From: Gnetum montanum
Taxonomy: Eukaryota > Plantae > Gnetophyta
DNA length: 64,000 nucleotides
Direction: 5' to 3'
Assembly: GCA_015680685.1 (NCBI GenBank)
Contig: MNCI01002657.1
Span: 163,858-227,857, forward strand
In this document: positions 60,590-64,000 of the stretch, piece after piece
Numbering within the stretch: position 1 is the stretch's first letter
How the letters are laid out: every line of letters starts with the position of its first letter
Program-made: the position numbers and the translations under genes
Notes under the pieces: generated by a model
Told to the model about the DNA's origin: nothing
The model's input: the letters and a program-made list of their open reading frames with translations, nothing else
Databases searched by the model: none

Positions 60590-63170
60590 ACAGTCTGAAG
60601 ATGTATCTCCAAATTGAATAAGGACTTTTTGGTCATATCAATGTAACAACCTAGCAGCGAAAGTAATGCTAAAGCCAAGAGAAAGCAATTTACAAATTAA
60701 ATGTAGCAAAAAAGAAAAAGAAAAAATTCAAAGATGACACAAGAACAAAGAAACACAATTTTGCAAACACATTGGTAACAAAGTAACAAAAAACGTAATC
60801 CTATCAATTGAATCTCTAGGCAAAACAATATATCTATGCTATGGGGAAGAGAATGATTGAAAAAAAATGGGAAAATGTACCCTTTATTTTCAAAAAAATG
60901 TTTACAGCAAATGACAAACAAAACCCTTTTTGCAATCTAGGGTAGAGGGGGTTTTTAGGGTGGAATAATAAAATAATATATGGAACGTATAGATCAACAA
61001 TATGTTCAGAGAAAAACTAGGTGACTCAAACGCTACTAATGAGGAATCGCATTACCTCAATTTCTTATATATGTCTTATTAGATTTTCGTCGAAGATAAA
61101 CATTAATGTGAGTGCAAGTTTAATGTAACAAGGATTTGGATCAAACTAGACTATTTGGGTTTAAACCAAAAGTTTCTTTGTATGTCAAGCAAGTGCACAA
61201 TGAAGGGGATACAATTACATTCACTGGGGATTAGGGTTTGCAAGGGGATAGAAGAGCTCTAAGATGTTGAAAATGCAATGCGACTACCTAATGTTGGTGT
61301 GCTCCTTGTTTGAAAAGGAAAAGATCAAATTACATCCTCTTTGATAAGATAAGAGATCAAAGATCAAAGATGCCCAAAATGATGTCCCAAGTCTATTATT
61401 TATAGACCAAAAAATGCCTTGTAGATCATTGAGAAACAACACACTAAGGCTCATGAAGACCACTATGGAAGCTCCCAAATGCTAAGCCATTAATTTGAGA
61501 TCAAAATGATGCCAAATGTCAAAAGTGGCATCAAAAGCAAAATAACACAAAGATGATGTCAAAAATAATGCCAAATGCTGTAAAAAGTCTTAATGATGTC
61601 TTCTCGCTAGTAGGCAACTGCTGAAAGGCTGAAGGAGAATCCATCAAGGAAAGACAAAAACTACTATTTATGTTGAGATGCTGAAAATATAATGAGCTAG
61701 GTACCTGCAAGAGGGTTTAAATGAAGTAGGATAATAAGGGAGAAAGTCTAGAATATCACTAATACATCTATGGTGAAGTGTTATTCCACAAAAGTAAGGC
61801 ATGGCTAGATCTCATGAAACACACAAAAAAGTAAACAAAGCACTCCTTAACCTACTCAATTCTCTTAATCACACTATCACTGAAGTAAAACAAAGACACT
61901 TGTTTAGCCTCACTAATGTAGAACAAGAGAGATGAAAGATAAAGATAGGAAGATAGATGGAAGCGAAAACAAAAAGCAATAAAAGCAAGGGAAAAACATA
62001 TTAGGGACATCGCCAATACACCAACAATAGGGTTCTATGCCGCAAAAGTGGAACATAGCTAAATCCCTAGAATCAACCTCTCTCTCACTTCGCTCAAATT
62101 TGATATAGATAATATTCACATTCCTTATGTCACTCTAACATTCAACACACCTTCACTAAGTAACTTCACTAAGTAACGCAGCAACATTCGTTTGGTCTCA
62201 CCAATGCATTAAATATAGAGAGGAACAAAAACATATGAGAGGAGGAAATGAGAGGGAGAAGTGAGATAGTATTGTTAGAGATAGCAGAATCTATAGCTAC
62301 GAAGATATGATGCAATAAAAGTATAAAGGTAGAAAATAGGATATCATCCATACAACTGTCATGAGATATCAATTACTCAAAAACCTCACTGATTATGTTA
62401 AGTAGAACATAACAGAACGAGATAGATAAGGCAAGGATGTATGATGAAAATGGCTAGATAAATATAGTAGAATATGAGATAGAGATGAGAAATACAAAAA
62501 CTGTGCAATACAAAAATAGTTATGAGTTGGTGTAAACCTATATCGTTGATGGAGACATTGATGTGTACGTTTAGACTGCTGTTAAGTGGGTAGACATTCA
62601 ACCACGTATAGCAAGTAGGTTCCAAAATGTTGTAGAAACAAAGTGCTATGTATAGTAGCATTTCAAAAATGTCCTATAAGGGATCTAACCTGGTTTTTTT
62701 TTTATTTCTTTACACTTTTTCAATTTAATTTAATTTTTTTTAGCAATAAAAGAGATGACCTAGGTTGCAGTCAAGATGACATTCTATGCAATGATGATTT
62801 ACCCAAGTGTAGGCAAAGCTTCCTCCCATTGTAACAAAGAAACCTCCTACTCTTGAGGCCTTAAGTGATAAACAAGTCTTCAAATGGATCAAAGAGTCTA
62901 GAAATTCAAAGAACAAATGAACAAATAGAAGCAAAAGATCAACAATGAGCTGTTGTTGCTTAGAAATTTTTGTGTAATATTTCTTGTAACAATGTAAAAA
63001 AGCAAATGTAAATGTATGTAGTTAAGAGAAACTTTGCAAAAGGTTGCATAAGTGAAAAGCTTTGATGTAAACAAGCATTGTAAGCAAATTTTTAGTATAA
63101 ATAAATAAAATTAGAATATTCACTCATTGTTCTATTGTGTTTTCCTACTATTTTCTGTCCATAATAGTAA
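60590..63170. mobile_element. Unresolved LTR-like repeat fragments upstream of the first visible KUP exon
   Basis: Minus-strand TATA (CTATAAATAATAG near 61393-61405) and LTR-like base skew. No paired termini or TSD identified. Confidence 0.3.
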
Positions 63171-63379
63171 TAAATCGAAAAATAAGCTGAAAGTTTAAGA
63201 TGAAATGTGCCATTCCATCACTTAGGAAATGACATGTAAATAGCATGTATGTTTCAAAAACAGAATGTAAACATGTAAAGCAAACAACAATAACTGTAAG
63301 TGCAAGCTAAAATTCACATGAAAACAGTTAGAGAATAATAAGCTAACAATGACCAGTAGATGTCTACTTCCTCAACATT

Positions 63380-64000
63380 TAGAAACAGTAAACAAAGCAA
63401 TAGAAAAGCTTACTCTAAGTCATCATCTTGGCTAGTTATAGCCTTACATGCAATGGAGTGAAAAGGGTATAACTTTGATTCAATTTATGACGGAGTGATG
63501 TCTAATTCACCAATACCAAGATCAATGAAAGCGTATTCAAAGAAAAACCATATGTCCATGTTAGGTTTGCTATCAGCATATACCATTGATGGAGATGAAG
63601 TTTGTGCAGGTTTTATTAAATGTTACCTGATCTATCTGAAGTGCTTGATAACAGCCCAAGTGATCATGTTAGACCCAGCGTCCTTATCAATATGTATCAA
63701 TGATATAGCAACCTAGTACAATCTTGATAGTTATGTACATAATCAACTGGCAAACCTTACCTGTTATAAGATCAATCTTGATGTTTTTGCCTTTGAAGTT
63801 AAGGCAATTGGTGTCATACCGAGGTATATGCAAGAAAGATAAGATGACCTCTAGCTCAACTAGAATATCATTGGGTACTATAATCTCTTCAAAATGTCTT
63901 ATAGGGAAATACGATGTTCTCTAAAAGTACAAACCAAGTCATAAAGTGAGAGGTTGGTTTCCTTAGACCTCACAATGCTTGTCATTTGTTGAAGTACCTT
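63380..64000 (-). mobile_element. Decayed Ty1/copia RT-RNase H remnant
   Basis: Minus-strand fragments resembling VGSLMYLT..RPDIA, HxxAVKxIxRYxxGT and VYADS. Confidence 0.45.

Overview
AT-rich, CpG-depleted plant nuclear DNA, probably from a large-genome vascular plant such as a gymnosperm (inference from TE content and long introns). Bases 1-49 kb are a nested retrotransposon graveyard. A decayed L1-type LINE is split by a 39.3-kb Athila-like Ty3/gypsy element (A, 1262-40556, TSD CTAAT, tRNA-Asp PBS, extra 3' ORF). A carries two LTR fragments, a CRM-like chromovirus 3' part (B), an integrase-only Tekay-like element (C, TSD ACTAC) and a 17.7-kb Tat/Ogre-type element (E, tRNA-Asn PBS, additional RNase H). 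A second CRM-like element (D, 42981-48884, TSD CTAGC) follows. The only intact host gene is a KUP/HAK/KT potassium transporter on the minus strand (8 in-frame exons, 59323 to 49844; first exon not found in the window), with a 6.4-kb TE-filled intron. Most notable: element E has a ~5.3-kb intron-like spacer between protease and RT that hosts a decayed antisense, multi-exon gene encoding an FCP1/SCP (NIF, HAD-fold CTD-phosphatase-like) domain plus a coiled coil. The short motif multimerised in E's LTRs recurs upstream of that gene, suggesting a TE-encoded accessory protein/target-motif system. Single-N positions at 8747, 8908 and 48248 look like assembly gaps. All domain calls come from motif recognition by eye, not from database searches.
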